A DNA stretch of 64,000 nucleotides, taken from a virus. The stretch is from the IMG/VR virus record IMGVR_UViG_3300045988_137393. One strand, written 5' to 3'. The notes below the pieces were generated by a model. That model worked only from the letters and a program-made list of their open reading frames with translations, searched no databases and had not been told where the DNA came from. Positions 7,370-16,834 of the stretch are shown in pieces. The stretch's first letter is position 1; each line of letters starts with the position of its first letter. Made by a program: the position numbers and the translations under genes.

Positions 7370-7507
7370 ATGGAAAGAGAAATTAAAGGCGAATTATTCA
7401 ATGCATTGTGTAAAAGATGCGGAGAACGTAGAACTTGTCATGGGATCTGCGTTGACATGAACAATGCAATGGTAAAGGCAAATGAAATTAAAGCGACTGC
7501 AAAATAA
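7370..7507 (+). CDS. hypothetical small Cys-rich protein (45 aa)
   Basis: ATG immediately after the upstream TAA. MEREIKGELFNALCKRCGERRTCHGICVDM... Confidence 0.5.
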   Translation: MEREIKGELFNALCKRCGERRTCHGICVDMNNAMVKANEIKATAK

Positions 7508-7524
7508 TTGTGGTCGCTATTTTA
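7492..7524 (+). terminator. possible intrinsic terminator
   Basis: AGCGAC..GTCGCT stem followed by ATTTTAAT. Confidence 0.45.
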
Positions 7525-7552
7525 ATACAAAAAATTAAAACAAGAAAGGTAA

Positions 7553-8500
7553 ATGGTGAAAATTATGTGCAAAATGTTTGAAGTTGTAACAGGAAAGAAA
7601 TCAAAGGGAAGTGTAGACAAATTAGAAGGTCTTACAAAGATGTATACGGACATCAACGAAGAAATTGCGATTATTAAAATTCCTGTTGAATTAATGGAAG
7701 TTGATTCACGGTATCAGACAGATGAGAGAACGGAAAGAGATCTTCAGTATCTTGTACGGAATTGGGATGAACGGAAACTTATGCCACTTATGGGCGTTCC
7801 GCATTGGGAAGAAGGCAAAGTATACATTGTAGATGGTTATGGTCGTTGGATTGCAAGTCAGATTGTAAACAAAAAGAAATACAAAGATTTGAAAGTACAG
7901 ATGATCTTAAATGCACCAACCAACCCAGAAGAACGCCTTGAGTTTGAAGCAGAAATGTATGCATTCCAGAATAGAGATGTAAAGGATTTAACACCTATTC
8001 AGAAACATGGAGCAATGATGGTTTTACACGATCCATCAACAGAAACATTGGAGAATATGAGAAAAAAATATGGCTTTGAATATGTTGCAAGTAAGGGAAA
8101 CAGAGAAGCTTCTGTTCTTGGTTCGTATACAGAGACATTGCGGTTATGCAAGTTAGACAACGGAAAAGCTGCTGAATATGTATTTGATATTTGTGCAGGA
8201 GCTGGGTTTGATCGGAAACCAAACGGATACTCTACATATATTATGCGATCATTAAGAGATATTTATAAGCTCTATGCGAATGACCGTGAAGCAACAAAAG
8301 AATTTTTAATTGAAGAACTTAGACAGATTACACCTGTTGGATTAAAGGCAAAGGCAACTGTAAAATATCCAATGCTTGATATGAAAACTGCTGTATCTCT
8401 TTACACAGAAGATATGGTTGTTAAAAATCTTGGACTTGAACAATCAAGGGAAGTTTCTGGAACTAGAGTCGTTCCAATTAAAAGGACAAAGACGGTATAA
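7553..8500 (+). CDS. ParB N-terminal (ParB/Srx-like nuclease) domain protein (315 aa)
   Basis: IKIPVELMEVDSRYQTDERT...YIVDGYGRWIASQIV matches the ParB/Srx-fold pattern. Confidence 0.65.
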   Translation: MVKIMCKMFEVVTGKKSKGSVDKLEGLTKMYTDINEEIAIIKIPVELMEVDSRYQTDERTERDLQYLVRNWDERKLMPLMGVPHWEEGKVYIVDGYGRWIASQIVNKKKYKDLKVQMILNAPTNPEERLEFEAEMYAFQNRDVKDLTPIQKHGAMMVLHDPSTETLENMRKKYGFEYVASKGNREASVLGSYTETLRLCKLDNGKAAEYVFDICAGAGFDRKPNGYSTYIMRSLRDIYKLYANDREATKEFLIEELRQITPVGLKAKATVKYPMLDMKTAVSLYTEDMVVKNLGLEQSREVSGTRVVPIKRTKTV

Positions 8501-8622
8501 AACAGAGAACAACATATTAGAAATTGAGGTTATGAAAATGAAACATCAGTAAAAGCGAAACTAAGATGCGCTATCAGACTATACGGGCAAACACATTATA
8601 ATAAGGAAAGGATAGATGAATT

Positions 8623-8820
8623 ATGACATATAGAAAGACAAAACAGTTGAGAGAATTTGAACCCATTTTGTATAGAAATGGATACAGATTTGCACGGTGC
8701 AAGGGAAGTCATTTTATTTACATGAATCGAACTTCTCATAAAATTATCACCGTGAATAAGGACTTAAACAGAATGGTTCGTGAAAGACTTATAAAAGAGA
8801 ATAAGTTGCAGGAGGTATAA
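8623..8820 (+). CDS. hicA: HicA-family mRNA interferase toxin-like protein (65 aa)
   Basis: LYRNGYRFARCKGSHFIYMN...ITVNKDLNRMVRERLIKE carries the HicA KGSH signature. SD AAGGAAAGGA. Confidence 0.65.
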   Translation: MTYRKTKQLREFEPILYRNGYRFARCKGSHFIYMNRTSHKIITVNKDLNRMVRERLIKENKLQEV

Positions 8821-8823
8821 ATT

Positions 8824-8994
8824 ATGCAGACAAGAAATATTAAAGTGGGAACAAAATTTAAGCATATGAAAGAAGAATGGATCTGTACATCAAATGATGG
8901 ATTCATATTTGAGGCAGATTGTTTAAACAAAAATTGTCCAATGAAAGATTTAATGCTTATTGGATCAAGCGAAGAAGTAGAAGTGATTGAATAG
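8824..8994 (+). CDS. hypothetical protein (56 aa)
   Basis: ATG 4 nt after the hicA stop. Below the track cutoff. Not HicB-like by eye. Confidence 0.5.
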   Translation: MQTRNIKVGTKFKHMKEEWICTSNDGFIFEADCLNKNCPMKDLMLIGSSEEVEVIE

Positions 8995-9007
8995 GAGGTG
9001 TAAGAAC

Positions 9008-9415
9008 ATGAAATGGACAGAGTTATTACGGAAAGACAATTATGCTTTACTGCAAAGCGAAAGTGATACACAGTATGCGGTTGTAAGTGGCTACGATCCA
9101 ACGCAGCCTGAAGATCAGCAGTGGTCACACGGAACATATTTTGAATATTGGAATGATACAAAGCGAAAAGCAGATTGCTTACAGAATGCATTGGATTGTT
9201 TTAGAGGAAAAACGGAAGAACACTATGTAACTAAAGGACAGAAATACTTTGAAATCTACAGAGAAGATTATACAGAAGGCACATTCAACGAAATTGTTAC
9301 ATCGCTTGGAGTTGATAATGAAAGAGTTGGAGATGCACTTGGTTGTTACTGCATTGTAGATGAAGAGAGCTTGAAAGAGGCAGAAGAAAGCGAAGGGTAT
9401 AATTTATGCGATTAG
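9008..9415 (+). CDS. hypothetical protein (135 aa)
   Basis: ATG 8 nt after AGGAGGTG. Confidence 0.7.
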   Translation: MKWTELLRKDNYALLQSESDTQYAVVSGYDPTQPEDQQWSHGTYFEYWNDTKRKADCLQNALDCFRGKTEEHYVTKGQKYFEIYREDYTEGTFNEIVTSLGVDNERVGDALGCYCIVDEESLKEAEESEGYNLCD

Positions 9416-9612
9416 ATGATTTATTATCATATATAAGCGAAAATGAAAATGTCTATGTATGGTTGGATGGAAAAATTGTAGCTGAATACAATGGAAGAGA
9501 TAGTATTTTTCTTAAATATAATGATTTTGAGGTTGAAAAGGGAAGTCTTAGAAAGTATGAAAACGGAATCGAAGTTACATTAACAGGAAATTTAATTGTC
9601 CCTAAAAGATAA
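9406..9612 (+). CDS. hypothetical protein (68 aa)
   Basis: ORF-track ORF overlapping the upstream stop by 10 nt. Confidence 0.6.
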   Translation: MRLDDLLSYISENENVYVWLDGKIVAEYNGRDSIFLKYNDFEVEKGSLRKYENGIEVTLTGNLIVPKR

Positions 9613-9700
9613 TGAGCAAGAAGATAAGGATTTTATTATCTCGATGAATGTAATAGCAGAGTAAACAGATATTTCATAATGAAAGGTAAAGGGTAATAGC

Positions 9701-9853
9701 ATGAAAAAAGTAAAAGTAACAATGACCGTTGTTTTAAATGATAATGCAGATGTAAAAGAAATTAAAAAGTGGGAGCATCATATTGATTATGCGATTGATA
9801 TGGATAGTTATCCAGAGATTGAACATATTGAGAATGTTAAGGTTGAAGAATAG
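9701..9853 (+). CDS. hypothetical protein (50 aa)
   Basis: Own translation MKKVKVTMTVVLNDNADVKEIKKWEHHIDYAIDMDSYPEIEHIENVKVEE*. Weak SD. Confidence 0.45.
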   Translation: MKKVKVTMTVVLNDNADVKEIKKWEHHIDYAIDMDSYPEIEHIENVKVEE

Positions 9854-9887
9854 AAAATGGATATTTCACAAGAAGGAGGATAGAATC

Positions 9888-10064
9888 ATGAAGTACAGAT
9901 TAGGTTGTTATAACACAGATGGAAGTTTAGAGTGTCTTCGTGCTGTAGATAATAAAGAGAGTGCAAAACTTGCGTACAAACATCTGAAAGAAGAATATCA
10001 GTGTACGATTTGGGTTCAGAAGATAGAGTTTGTTGATCCAAAAGAGGAGTTTAAAGAAGCATAA
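9888..10064 (+). CDS. hypothetical protein (58 aa)
   Basis: ATG 8 nt after AAGGAGG. The track start 9783 overlaps the previous ORF. Confidence 0.65.
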   Translation: MKYRLGCYNTDGSLECLRAVDNKESAKLAYKHLKEEYQCTIWVQKIEFVDPKEEFKEA

Positions 10065-10107
10065 CAAATGCGTGTTTCATTGGATTTAATAAGAAGGAGT
10101 GATAAGT

Positions 10108-10359
10108 ATGGAATTTTTAGTACAGTATACTATTGAAGGAAGTGAAAAAATTATAAACAAGATTGTAAATTCTTGTTGGATTATTGAAGCAACAAATGAA
10201 AGCGATTTTAATGGAATTGAAGAAATGCATGTGTTTGATATAACAGATCTTGGAAAAATCAAACCGTTGCATTACAGAGGATGGCAGCCAGGATGCTTAA
10301 TTGAATATGTAGACGATAAAAACAATGTAGTTATTCATGGATATGGAACAGACCATTAA
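10108..10359 (+). CDS. hypothetical protein (83 aa)
   Basis: ATG 9 nt after AAGGAG. Confidence 0.7.
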   Translation: MEFLVQYTIEGSEKIINKIVNSCWIIEATNESDFNGIEEMHVFDITDLGKIKPLHYRGWQPGCLIEYVDDKNNVVIHGYGTDH

Positions 10360-10377
10360 ATTCGCATTTATTAGGGA

Positions 10378-10610
10378 ATGGAAAAGAGTTTACATATAAC
10401 TCACCAATACATGAGAACGATACATTATTCAGTGGTTTCTCATATAGAGAAATTATGGATGTTGTAATTGCAAATTATGGTCACGACATTACAGAAGAAC
10501 AGTTTGACAAGGCACTCAAAGAGTTTATGGATATGCGAATTGAGGATATGAAAGAGAACTTAATGATGTGTAAAACGAATATGTTAAAGGAAATTAGAAA
10601 GGCAGGTTGA
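10378..10610 (+). pseudogene. frameshifted ~80-codon ORF (ATG frame closes after 29 codons; the -1 frame is coding-like through 10610)
   Basis: The ATG 10378 frame gives MEKSLHITHQ..*. The overlapping frame gives GNGKEFTYNSPIHENDTLFSGFSYREIMDVVIANYGHDITEEQFDKALKEF..RKAG* with no start codon. The frames meet at the A-run 10382-10385. Confidence 0.45.
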
Positions 10611-10615
10611 TTAGT

Positions 10616-11650
10616 ATGAGAGAAATTAAAGTTCAGTTATATAGAGGCGAAGATGATAATTATGTTGAGCTTTGGAAAACAGTTGAAGAAATCGAAGGAA
10701 AGCACAGATATTATGGAAGATACAAATTTGGAAATAAGGGAACTTGGTATTCAGTATGTGATCCACTTGGTTATTGTGAATTAAATGCACCGATGGCAGA
10801 TGATGTAATGTTTATTTGCTGTGATGAAAATGGAAATGAAGTAATCAGATATTCAAATGCTGATGGAAATAAACTTCCGAAATTTGAAACAGTAATCAAA
10901 AGAGAATGGAATAAGGTAAAAGAAAAGCTTCAGCATAACACAGAAGATTTGACTAAAAACTTTTGGGCTGAGTGCTGGAACGGAGACACTACAATGAAAA
11001 TAAATCAGTGGTTGTTATCTTATAAAGATCCAGACTTATATCCTGAAAAGGCAAAAGATTATGATGAAAACTGGACAAATTGTTGGGCAGAAAAAGAAAT
11101 TGGATATGAACCTATTCCAGATACAGAATTTGAGTATTTAGGTCATAAATATCAGTTCACAAAGGTAAAACATAAACATGAATACTGTGGTGTTGAGTGG
11201 TACGAATTTGTATGTACCGATTCTCCTTATGTAATGCAGGATACACCTTGGGTAAAAGATAGGGCATGGATTCAGTCTTATATGTATCTTGGAAATTGGT
11301 TCAATGATAAGACTTATGGAACAATGTATGATCAAAGAACAGCAAGAGAAAGGGTAGTTGCAGCACTTATTAAAAAGTTCCCTATGAAAGAGAAATGGGA
11401 CAAGTTACTTTATGTAAAGAAGAGAACTGGAAATGAATTTTATAATTGTGATTGCTGTTATGAAAAGTCATATTCCGATATGGCAGATGTACTTATTAAC
11501 AGAAATTATCACAGAAAAGATGTTGACCATCTTTGTAAGTTCATTAACAAGGAAACAGAAGGAATTGTATTTGCAAGCAATAGAGGTAATAAGTACACAA
11601 TCAGACAGATTTATCCAGATATTTATGACTATGATAATTGTTTGATATAA
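10616..11650 (+). CDS. hypothetical protein (344 aa)
   Basis: Long ORF with a weak SD (AGGCAGG). Confidence 0.75.
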   Translation: MREIKVQLYRGEDDNYVELWKTVEEIEGKHRYYGRYKFGNKGTWYSVCDPLGYCELNAPMADDVMFICCDENGNEVIRYSNADGNKLPKFETVIKREWNKVKEKLQHNTEDLTKNFWAECWNGDTTMKINQWLLSYKDPDLYPEKAKDYDENWTNCWAEKEIGYEPIPDTEFEYLGHKYQFTKVKHKHEYCGVEWYEFVCTDSPYVMQDTPWVKDRAWIQSYMYLGNWFNDKTYGTMYDQRTARERVVAALIKKFPMKEKWDKLLYVKKRTGNEFYNCDCCYEKSYSDMADVLINRNYHRKDVDHLCKFINKETEGIVFASNRGNKYTIRQIYPDIYDYDNCLI

Positions 11651-11667
11651 GAAATGAGGTGACTGAT

Positions 11668-12033
11668 ATGCAGGTCATAGATAAAGTTGTTACACCAGAC
11701 GGAATAGAAATTGAGCTTAGAGATCTAAGTGGTGAACACAAACTACCAGATTATAACGGAATGGAAATTGTCTTCCGTACAATTGCAAAGAAAACATTTC
11801 CACCAAACAAAGGATGGTATGCACAGAAAGGAAAAGAATTTCATTCATGTATTTGTTACTATAAAAATTATACATCAGATATGTTGAAAGCAGATTATGA
11901 GGAGTTAAAAAATGGTACAAAAACTCTTGCAGATTTGAAATCATATTTCTGGAATGGTAAGAGAGACAGTTATGTACTTGGATTAGAAGGAAGTGAGAAT
12001 TATGCAGAAAACATTAATGGAAATGCTGATTGA
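11668..12033 (+). CDS. hypothetical protein (121 aa)
   Basis: ATG 6 nt after GAGGTG. Confidence 0.7.
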   Translation: MQVIDKVVTPDGIEIELRDLSGEHKLPDYNGMEIVFRTIAKKTFPPNKGWYAQKGKEFHSCICYYKNYTSDMLKADYEELKNGTKTLADLKSYFWNGKRDSYVLGLEGSENYAENINGNAD

Positions 12034-12235
12034 AGCAGGTTATCCGAAAGAAGAAATGTATCATCCTTCGTATGGATCTGATTTATATGTATATGTAATA
12101 CCACTCACAACAAAAGTAATTGAGGAATGGTGCAAAATACATAATTATAGAATGGCTTGGCATTGTCCTACATTCAAAGATCAGATAACAGGCAAAATGA
12201 TGTATGATTGTGCATTTCAGTGGTATGAAAATTAA
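12002..12235 (+). CDS. hypothetical protein (77 aa)
   Basis: ATG after GAAGTGAG. Overlaps the upstream gene by 32 nt. Confidence 0.6.
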   Translation: MQKTLMEMLIEAGYPKEEMYHPSYGSDLYVYVIPLTTKVIEEWCKIHNYRMAWHCPTFKDQITGKMMYDCAFQWYEN

Positions 12236-12254
12236 CAGATAGGAGCGTGATTAT

Positions 12255-12461
12255 ATGGCGAAACATATTATTGATAAAGATAATACATTAAAAGCGTTGG
12301 GAAGCATTAACACATTATTATCTCAATCGTTACAGATAATTAAAAAGGTAAACGAAGATGAACAATGGGATTTTTGTACAGATGATGTTTTGGCAAGACG
12401 AGTCAATGCTGCTGAAAGATTAATAAAAGAAATATCTGACATTGTATTTCAGAATAATTAA
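12255..12461 (+). CDS. hypothetical protein (68 aa)
   Basis: ATG 9 nt after AGGAG. Confidence 0.65.
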   Translation: MAKHIIDKDNTLKALGSINTLLSQSLQIIKKVNEDEQWDFCTDDVLARRVNAAERLIKEISDIVFQNN

Positions 12462-12561
12462 GCACAGGAAATTGTAATTTCTTGGTAGAATAATTACAAG
12501 ATATAGTAGTATATAAAACAAGAAACCACAATATATAGTATAAGAAAAGGAGATTAAAACT

Positions 12562-13038
12562 ATGAAACGTAATGAACAGAAAATAACAAAAGAAGTAACA
12601 GAAACTATTGTAACATTTATTGCAAGTGATGGAAAAGAATTTAAAAACGAGGAAGATTGTGCGAAATACGAGAAGTCTTATGTATGCACTATTAAGACTT
12701 GCTTTAAGAAAATTCCACACTTAGAGAAAGCAGCTTCGTCTTTATATATGCAGTATGGAAACGAGGAAGATGAAGCATATATGTTAATTCCAAGAAATAT
12801 TGAAGATGTGTGTGCTGTAAACAGAATCCTTGATTATTGCGATGGAATTTATGGAGCAATCGGTCAGACACCAGGAAGACTTACGCATGATGATATTGGC
12901 AAGACAATTCTTATTAACTTTGGATATGAAGGAATGGAAAGTGGATGGTATACAATGTTAAGAAAGGATGAATATCTCAAGAGAATTTCAGATGAGCTTA
13001 ATAAATATGAAACTGAAATTGCTAATCAGGAACAGTAA
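12562..13038 (+). CDS. hypothetical protein (158 aa)
   Basis: ATG 10 nt after AAGGAG. Confidence 0.7.
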   Translation: MKRNEQKITKEVTETIVTFIASDGKEFKNEEDCAKYEKSYVCTIKTCFKKIPHLEKAASSLYMQYGNEEDEAYMLIPRNIEDVCAVNRILDYCDGIYGAIGQTPGRLTHDDIGKTILINFGYEGMESGWYTMLRKDEYLKRISDELNKYETEIANQEQ

Positions 13039-13051
13039 TACAGAGAATAAT

Positions 13052-13087
13052 AAGGCAGACGCAAACAAATGTGTCTGTCTTATTTAT
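13052..13087 (+). terminator. intrinsic terminator
   Basis: AAGGCAGAC..GTCTGTCTT stem followed by ATTTATT. Confidence 0.6.
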
Positions 13088-13102
13088 TGGAAGGAGAACG
13101 AA

Positions 13103-13396
13103 ATGCAGTTGATGAAATTTGTAACAAAAGACACCAAAGACAAAAATAAAATTCTTGTATGGTGTACAACAAACAGACTAATTACATTCAGAGATTTCAT
13201 GCAGTATGTATTGGACAATGTGAAAAATCCAAAAGATTTTATGATTATTGATACGGAAAAGGATCTTGTTTATGACATGTATAAAGTTGCAACAGAAATG
13301 TATGGAATGAGAAAGAGAACCTTTGAAGAAAGAATGAATGGTGTGGCGACTGGTAAATGGAATAAATATTCTAACAGTGAAGTAAAAGGAATGTAA
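13103..13396 (+). CDS. hypothetical protein (97 aa)
   Basis: ATG 7 nt after AAGGAG. The track start 12968 overlaps the upstream gene and the terminator. Confidence 0.7.
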   Translation: MQLMKFVTKDTKDKNKILVWCTTNRLITFRDFMQYVLDNVKNPKDFMIIDTEKDLVYDMYKVATEMYGMRKRTFEERMNGVATGKWNKYSNSEVKGM

Positions 13397-13409
13397 AGGA
13401 GAATGTGAA

Positions 13410-13868
13410 ATGAATAAAAGTAATTTACGGATTAATTATCATATTGAGATTATCAATGATGCAAAAACATGGGATAAATTTGTAAAGGCAACGGAAAGTC
13501 TTAATGTTCCACATAGCGATGCACCCTGGGAGCTATACACAAATAGAGATTTTGACAGCTTTGAAAAAGCATTAGAATATTACATGGTTTGGTATGTAAG
13601 CGATGAATGCTTTGATATTAAAATGTGGGAACAGATTTTTATAGACAATGAAATGGTTTATGAAGAATATTGTGAACCGCATTGTTGTACTAAAAGCGAA
13701 ATGAGAAGAATCATAGACAGAGATACTTATGACAGATTGCGCAATTATGATATGCAAACAAAAGAACTTGAAGAATCCAATGAGTTGATGAGTGGATTTA
13801 TCAAGCGAATGGGAAAGCAGTTTGAAGAAATGTTTAACAAATATGTAAAGGAGATTGCAAATGAGTAA
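13410..13868 (+). CDS. hypothetical protein (152 aa)
   Basis: ATG 9 nt after AAGGAG. Confidence 0.7.
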   Translation: MNKSNLRINYHIEIINDAKTWDKFVKATESLNVPHSDAPWELYTNRDFDSFEKALEYYMVWYVSDECFDIKMWEQIFIDNEMVYEEYCEPHCCTKSEMRRIIDRDTYDRLRNYDMQTKELEESNELMSGFIKRMGKQFEEMFNKYVKEIANE

Positions 13869-14088
13869 TACAGAATATGTAAGACATAGTGCAGATAAAT
13901 ATGGGTGGAAAAAATATTATTCCACATTGCGTCCTGTAAGTATGGGGACGCAGCCTAAAGATGGATTTATGGATTTTATAAATTATGATGACAGAACGGA
14001 AGTTGACGGAAAAATGGTGTGGGCTGAGTTGTATTACAACAGGGAACTTACTGAAAAAGAAATGAGAGATTACGACTTAGTTAAATAG
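13861..14088 (+). CDS. hypothetical protein (75 aa)
   Basis: ATG 7 nt after AAGGAG. Confidence 0.65.
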   Translation: MSNTEYVRHSADKYGWKKYYSTLRPVSMGTQPKDGFMDFINYDDRTEVDGKMVWAELYYNRELTEKEMRDYDLVK

Positions 14089-14106
14089 AAAGTGAGGTTG
14101 ATTGAT

Positions 14107-14730
14107 ATGGTAGAAATCAAAATAGATAACACAGGCGATGGAACATGGTGGCTGTACAATAGTAATCATGGATGGAAAGATTATTGTGGTTGTGGAAACT
14201 TCGATGAACAGGTTGTTCTTACAGGTAATAGAGATTTTACAGGATGTACTGAGGCAGAATGGTATCAGAATGCAAAAAAGATTTTGGATGATATTGATTG
14301 TTATGACGAATATCCAACGGATGTATCTGATGAAGTGAATTCAAAATTAAAAGAAATGTATGATAAATGCAGATGTACAGAAGATATTCTGGTTGATGTA
14401 ATTAGGCTTCTTTATCCAGAAGACACCTTTAAAACCGGAACAATCAGAGGGTATAGCCAAGGAGATTGGCAAGATTACATTGTCATGGGAGATGTGGATA
14501 CAGATTTGCTTGAAGCAATGTATTTTGGAAAGATTTCTGATATTACTGTAACAACGGACGAAGAAGAATTTGGAGATGTAATCACTCATGATGAACTATG
14601 GAGAGCAGAAAGAGAAGAGGGGTTAAAAGAATTTTTCAGAAATCATTATGAACTTGATAAGAATGAAGAAATTCATATATTACAGGCAGACGGATATAAG
14701 CAGGTAGTTGATTGGAAAGAGGTGTCTTAA
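14107..14730 (+). CDS. hypothetical acidic protein (207 aa)
   Basis: ATG 9 nt after GAGG. Confidence 0.7.
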   Translation: MVEIKIDNTGDGTWWLYNSNHGWKDYCGCGNFDEQVVLTGNRDFTGCTEAEWYQNAKKILDDIDCYDEYPTDVSDEVNSKLKEMYDKCRCTEDILVDVIRLLYPEDTFKTGTIRGYSQGDWQDYIVMGDVDTDLLEAMYFGKISDITVTTDEEEFGDVITHDELWRAEREEGLKEFFRNHYELDKNEEIHILQADGYKQVVDWKEVS

Positions 14731-14964
14731 ATGAAAAGTGTAGTGATGTTATTCGATGCAAGAAAAGGTGAGTTTGTTAAAGAAGAAATCTACACATTAT
14801 CACCTATGAAAGCAATGATAAGTGCAGTTATGCAATATAAAGGAGATTTTAATACACAAAATTATCCTAGTAAGTTAGATGGAATATATAAGTCAAATGT
14901 TATTAAAGACAGGCTTTTATATAATTTATCTGATGATTTTATTATGTATAGTCAAAAGGCATAA
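14731..14964 (+). CDS. hypothetical protein (77 aa)
   Basis: ATG directly after the upstream TAA, with GAGGTG 6 nt upstream. Confidence 0.65.
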   Translation: MKSVVMLFDARKGEFVKEEIYTLSPMKAMISAVMQYKGDFNTQNYPSKLDGIYKSNVIKDRLLYNLSDDFIMYSQKA

Positions 14965-14988
14965 AACCAAAGGAAAGAACTGTTTATT

Positions 14989-15019
14989 GAGACTAGATTT
15001 TTCTAGTCTCTTTTATTTT
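14989..15019 (+). terminator. intrinsic terminator
   Basis: GAGACTAGA-tttt-TCTAGTCTC stem followed by TTTTATTTT. Confidence 0.8.
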
Positions 15020-15035
15020 GAAAAGGAGTATATAT

Positions 15036-15389
15036 ATGAGAGCATACAAGCTACTTAGAAAATTGTCTAATGGAAAATTGTACCCACTATTTATTCATAA
15101 AACATATTCGACTCCATTTAATGAATGGCTATATGCAGAATGCTATCCTACAAAGGGATTTGCAGTACGAAAGGGATATCATTGCTGCTTTAAACCTTTT
15201 GCTCCGCATCTTTCAATGCAACTTGCAAACGGAGAACAGAGAGTATGGGTTGAGTGTGAAGTTGAAGATTGGGATAGCTATAATAGGCCAGAAAGTCAGG
15301 GTGGTAGTTGGATTTTGGCACAGCAAATGAAAATTGTAAGGGAACTTACAGAAAATGAAGTTGAGCAGATATTGAAAGGAGCAGCTTAA
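15036..15389 (+). CDS. hypothetical protein (117 aa)
   Basis: ATG 8 nt after AAGGAG. Confidence 0.7.
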   Translation: MRAYKLLRKLSNGKLYPLFIHKTYSTPFNEWLYAECYPTKGFAVRKGYHCCFKPFAPHLSMQLANGEQRVWVECEVEDWDSYNRPESQGGSWILAQQMKIVRELTENEVEQILKGAA

Positions 15390-15390
15390 A

Positions 15391-15582
15391 ATGGAAAAAG
15401 ATATTAGAATTTGTCCAGTATGCAATAAAGAAGTAGAAAGAAATGATATGAATTTCACAAAAGACTGTCATGGAATTACATTCAGATTAGTGTGTAATGA
15501 TTGTTGGGAGAAATTAATGGAAAAGGGATATGATGGTGAGTATTACAGCGAAGCCGATGAATGTATTGATGAGGATTATTAG
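15391..15582 (+). CDS. small Zn-ribbon protein (63 aa)
   Basis: CPVCNK...CNDCW Cys pairs. SD AAGGAG. Confidence 0.65.
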   Translation: MEKDIRICPVCNKEVERNDMNFTKDCHGITFRLVCNDCWEKLMEKGYDGEYYSEADECIDEDY

Positions 15583-15595
15583 GAGGTAGCGTAAT

Positions 15596-16009
15596 ATGAC
15601 ATACTACGAAACAAAAATAGGAAAGATTATTGAAGAAGAGTTCGATTCACGAATGGGAAATGCAGTTATTTCTTACATTATGGATAAAGGTATGAGCAAC
15701 GTAAAGGAGATTACTGACGAGCAAATTGAAAAACTTGAAGGTAATGGATTAATGACTCATGATTTCGTTCAGTCATTAGTAAGGTGTGCAAGACGGATAT
15801 GCAATGAGTGTGAGTGGATTGAGTTGATTGAGTTCATTCGATTACATTTATGGTGTACTCCAACAGTACATGACGTGTATTTATATAAGGAAAATTTCAA
15901 CGATGAGTCATTTGCAGAGCTGCTTGATAATCTGGATCTTGATGAAAGCGAAGTCGGTGAAGAGATTAAGTTATTTGCAGTAGTTGATAAGGATTGTTTA
16001 AAGGAGTGA
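15596..16009 (+). CDS. hypothetical protein (137 aa)
   Basis: ATG 9 nt after AGGAGG. Confidence 0.7.
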   Translation: MTYYETKIGKIIEEEFDSRMGNAVISYIMDKGMSNVKEITDEQIEKLEGNGLMTHDFVQSLVRCARRICNECEWIELIEFIRLHLWCTPTVHDVYLYKENFNDESFAELLDNLDLDESEVGEEIKLFAVVDKDCLKE

Positions 16010-16014
16010 TTGAT

Positions 16015-16188
16015 ATGATGACAGAAGAGAGATTTAAAGAGACAAATTATAAAATGAGTTACGAGGAATATAAGAAATGTTGTTGTCACAGATGCATGAA
16101 GGAAGATTGCATTCACAGAGATACATATAGAAGATTACCTGAGATTGATGGTGGTCTTGGCTTGTGTCCTAATTTGAAGGGAGAGTGA
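16015..16188 (+). CDS. hypothetical Cys-rich protein (57 aa)
   Basis: ATG 9 nt after AAGGAG. Confidence 0.6.
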   Translation: MMTEERFKETNYKMSYEEYKKCCCHRCMKEDCIHRDTYRRLPEIDGGLGLCPNLKGE

Positions 16189-16193
16189 TTAAG

Positions 16194-16544
16194 ATGTATC
16201 AGCATATAGAATTTATTGATGGCAGTAATTCTTATATCAGCAAAACGGAAAAGGATTTCAAATGGATGTGTGAACATTATGTTCTCATTCCAATTGCAGA
16301 AAATTTCTGGAAGGCAACTGACAGAATTTATTATAAGGTGGTTGGCTTTGCGGATAAAAATAAGATGGCTACTTTTAATAGAAATTACAAATCAAAAGCA
16401 GGTGCAATGAGAGTAATTCGCAAGGCAATTAAAGAGAATAAATTTGAGTGTATTGTACTTAGAAAAGAGGTTGAAGATTTACGGAATGATGAACACTTTG
16501 ATATTTCAGTGAGTACACCTATTAAAACATGGAATTTAGCATAG
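16194..16544 (+). CDS. hypothetical protein (116 aa)
   Basis: ATG after GGGAGAG. Confidence 0.65.
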   Translation: MYQHIEFIDGSNSYISKTEKDFKWMCEHYVLIPIAENFWKATDRIYYKVVGFADKNKMATFNRNYKSKAGAMRVIRKAIKENKFECIVLRKEVEDLRNDEHFDISVSTPIKTWNLA

Positions 16545-16559
16545 ATTGGAGTGATGAAA

Positions 16560-16796
16560 ATGACAAAATTAGAAAGTATTAAATGTGAAAAGTTACTGAA
16601 TGAAGCTATTGAATATGCGATTGATGCAAAAGACAAATTGGATGTAGCTGCAAGACATCCTAATGCAACGGAAAGATATGTTCTGGAAAATACCGCACAT
16701 AATCACAGAGGATATGCAGAAGGAATTAATCAGGCTCTTGCAGTTATAGGTTTTAAGCATGAACAAATGGCAGAGTTAGGGAGACTGATAAGTTAA
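16560..16796 (+). CDS. hypothetical protein (78 aa)
   Basis: Third in-frame start, 8 nt after GGAG. The track start is 16551. Confidence 0.65.
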   Translation: MTKLESIKCEKLLNEAIEYAIDAKDKLDVAARHPNATERYVLENTAHNHRGYAEGINQALAVIGFKHEQMAELGRLIS

Positions 16797-16834
16797 GAAA
16801 TAGCAATTTCATTTTAAGATTGGAGGACAAGACT

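Noticed and set aside
8736-9191. Long minus-strand ORFs lying antisense to plus-strand genes (e.g. 8736-9191, 15769-16116, 32921-33307, 35162-35566, 35996-36364, 40688-41050, 43584-44006, 52163-52567, 56652-56984, 61815-62270)
   Set aside because: They overlap better-supported plus-strand genes that have recognisable domains. They lack SD sequences and translate to Ser/Leu/Ile/Phe-rich low-complexity strings typical of shadow ORFs in AT-rich DNA.
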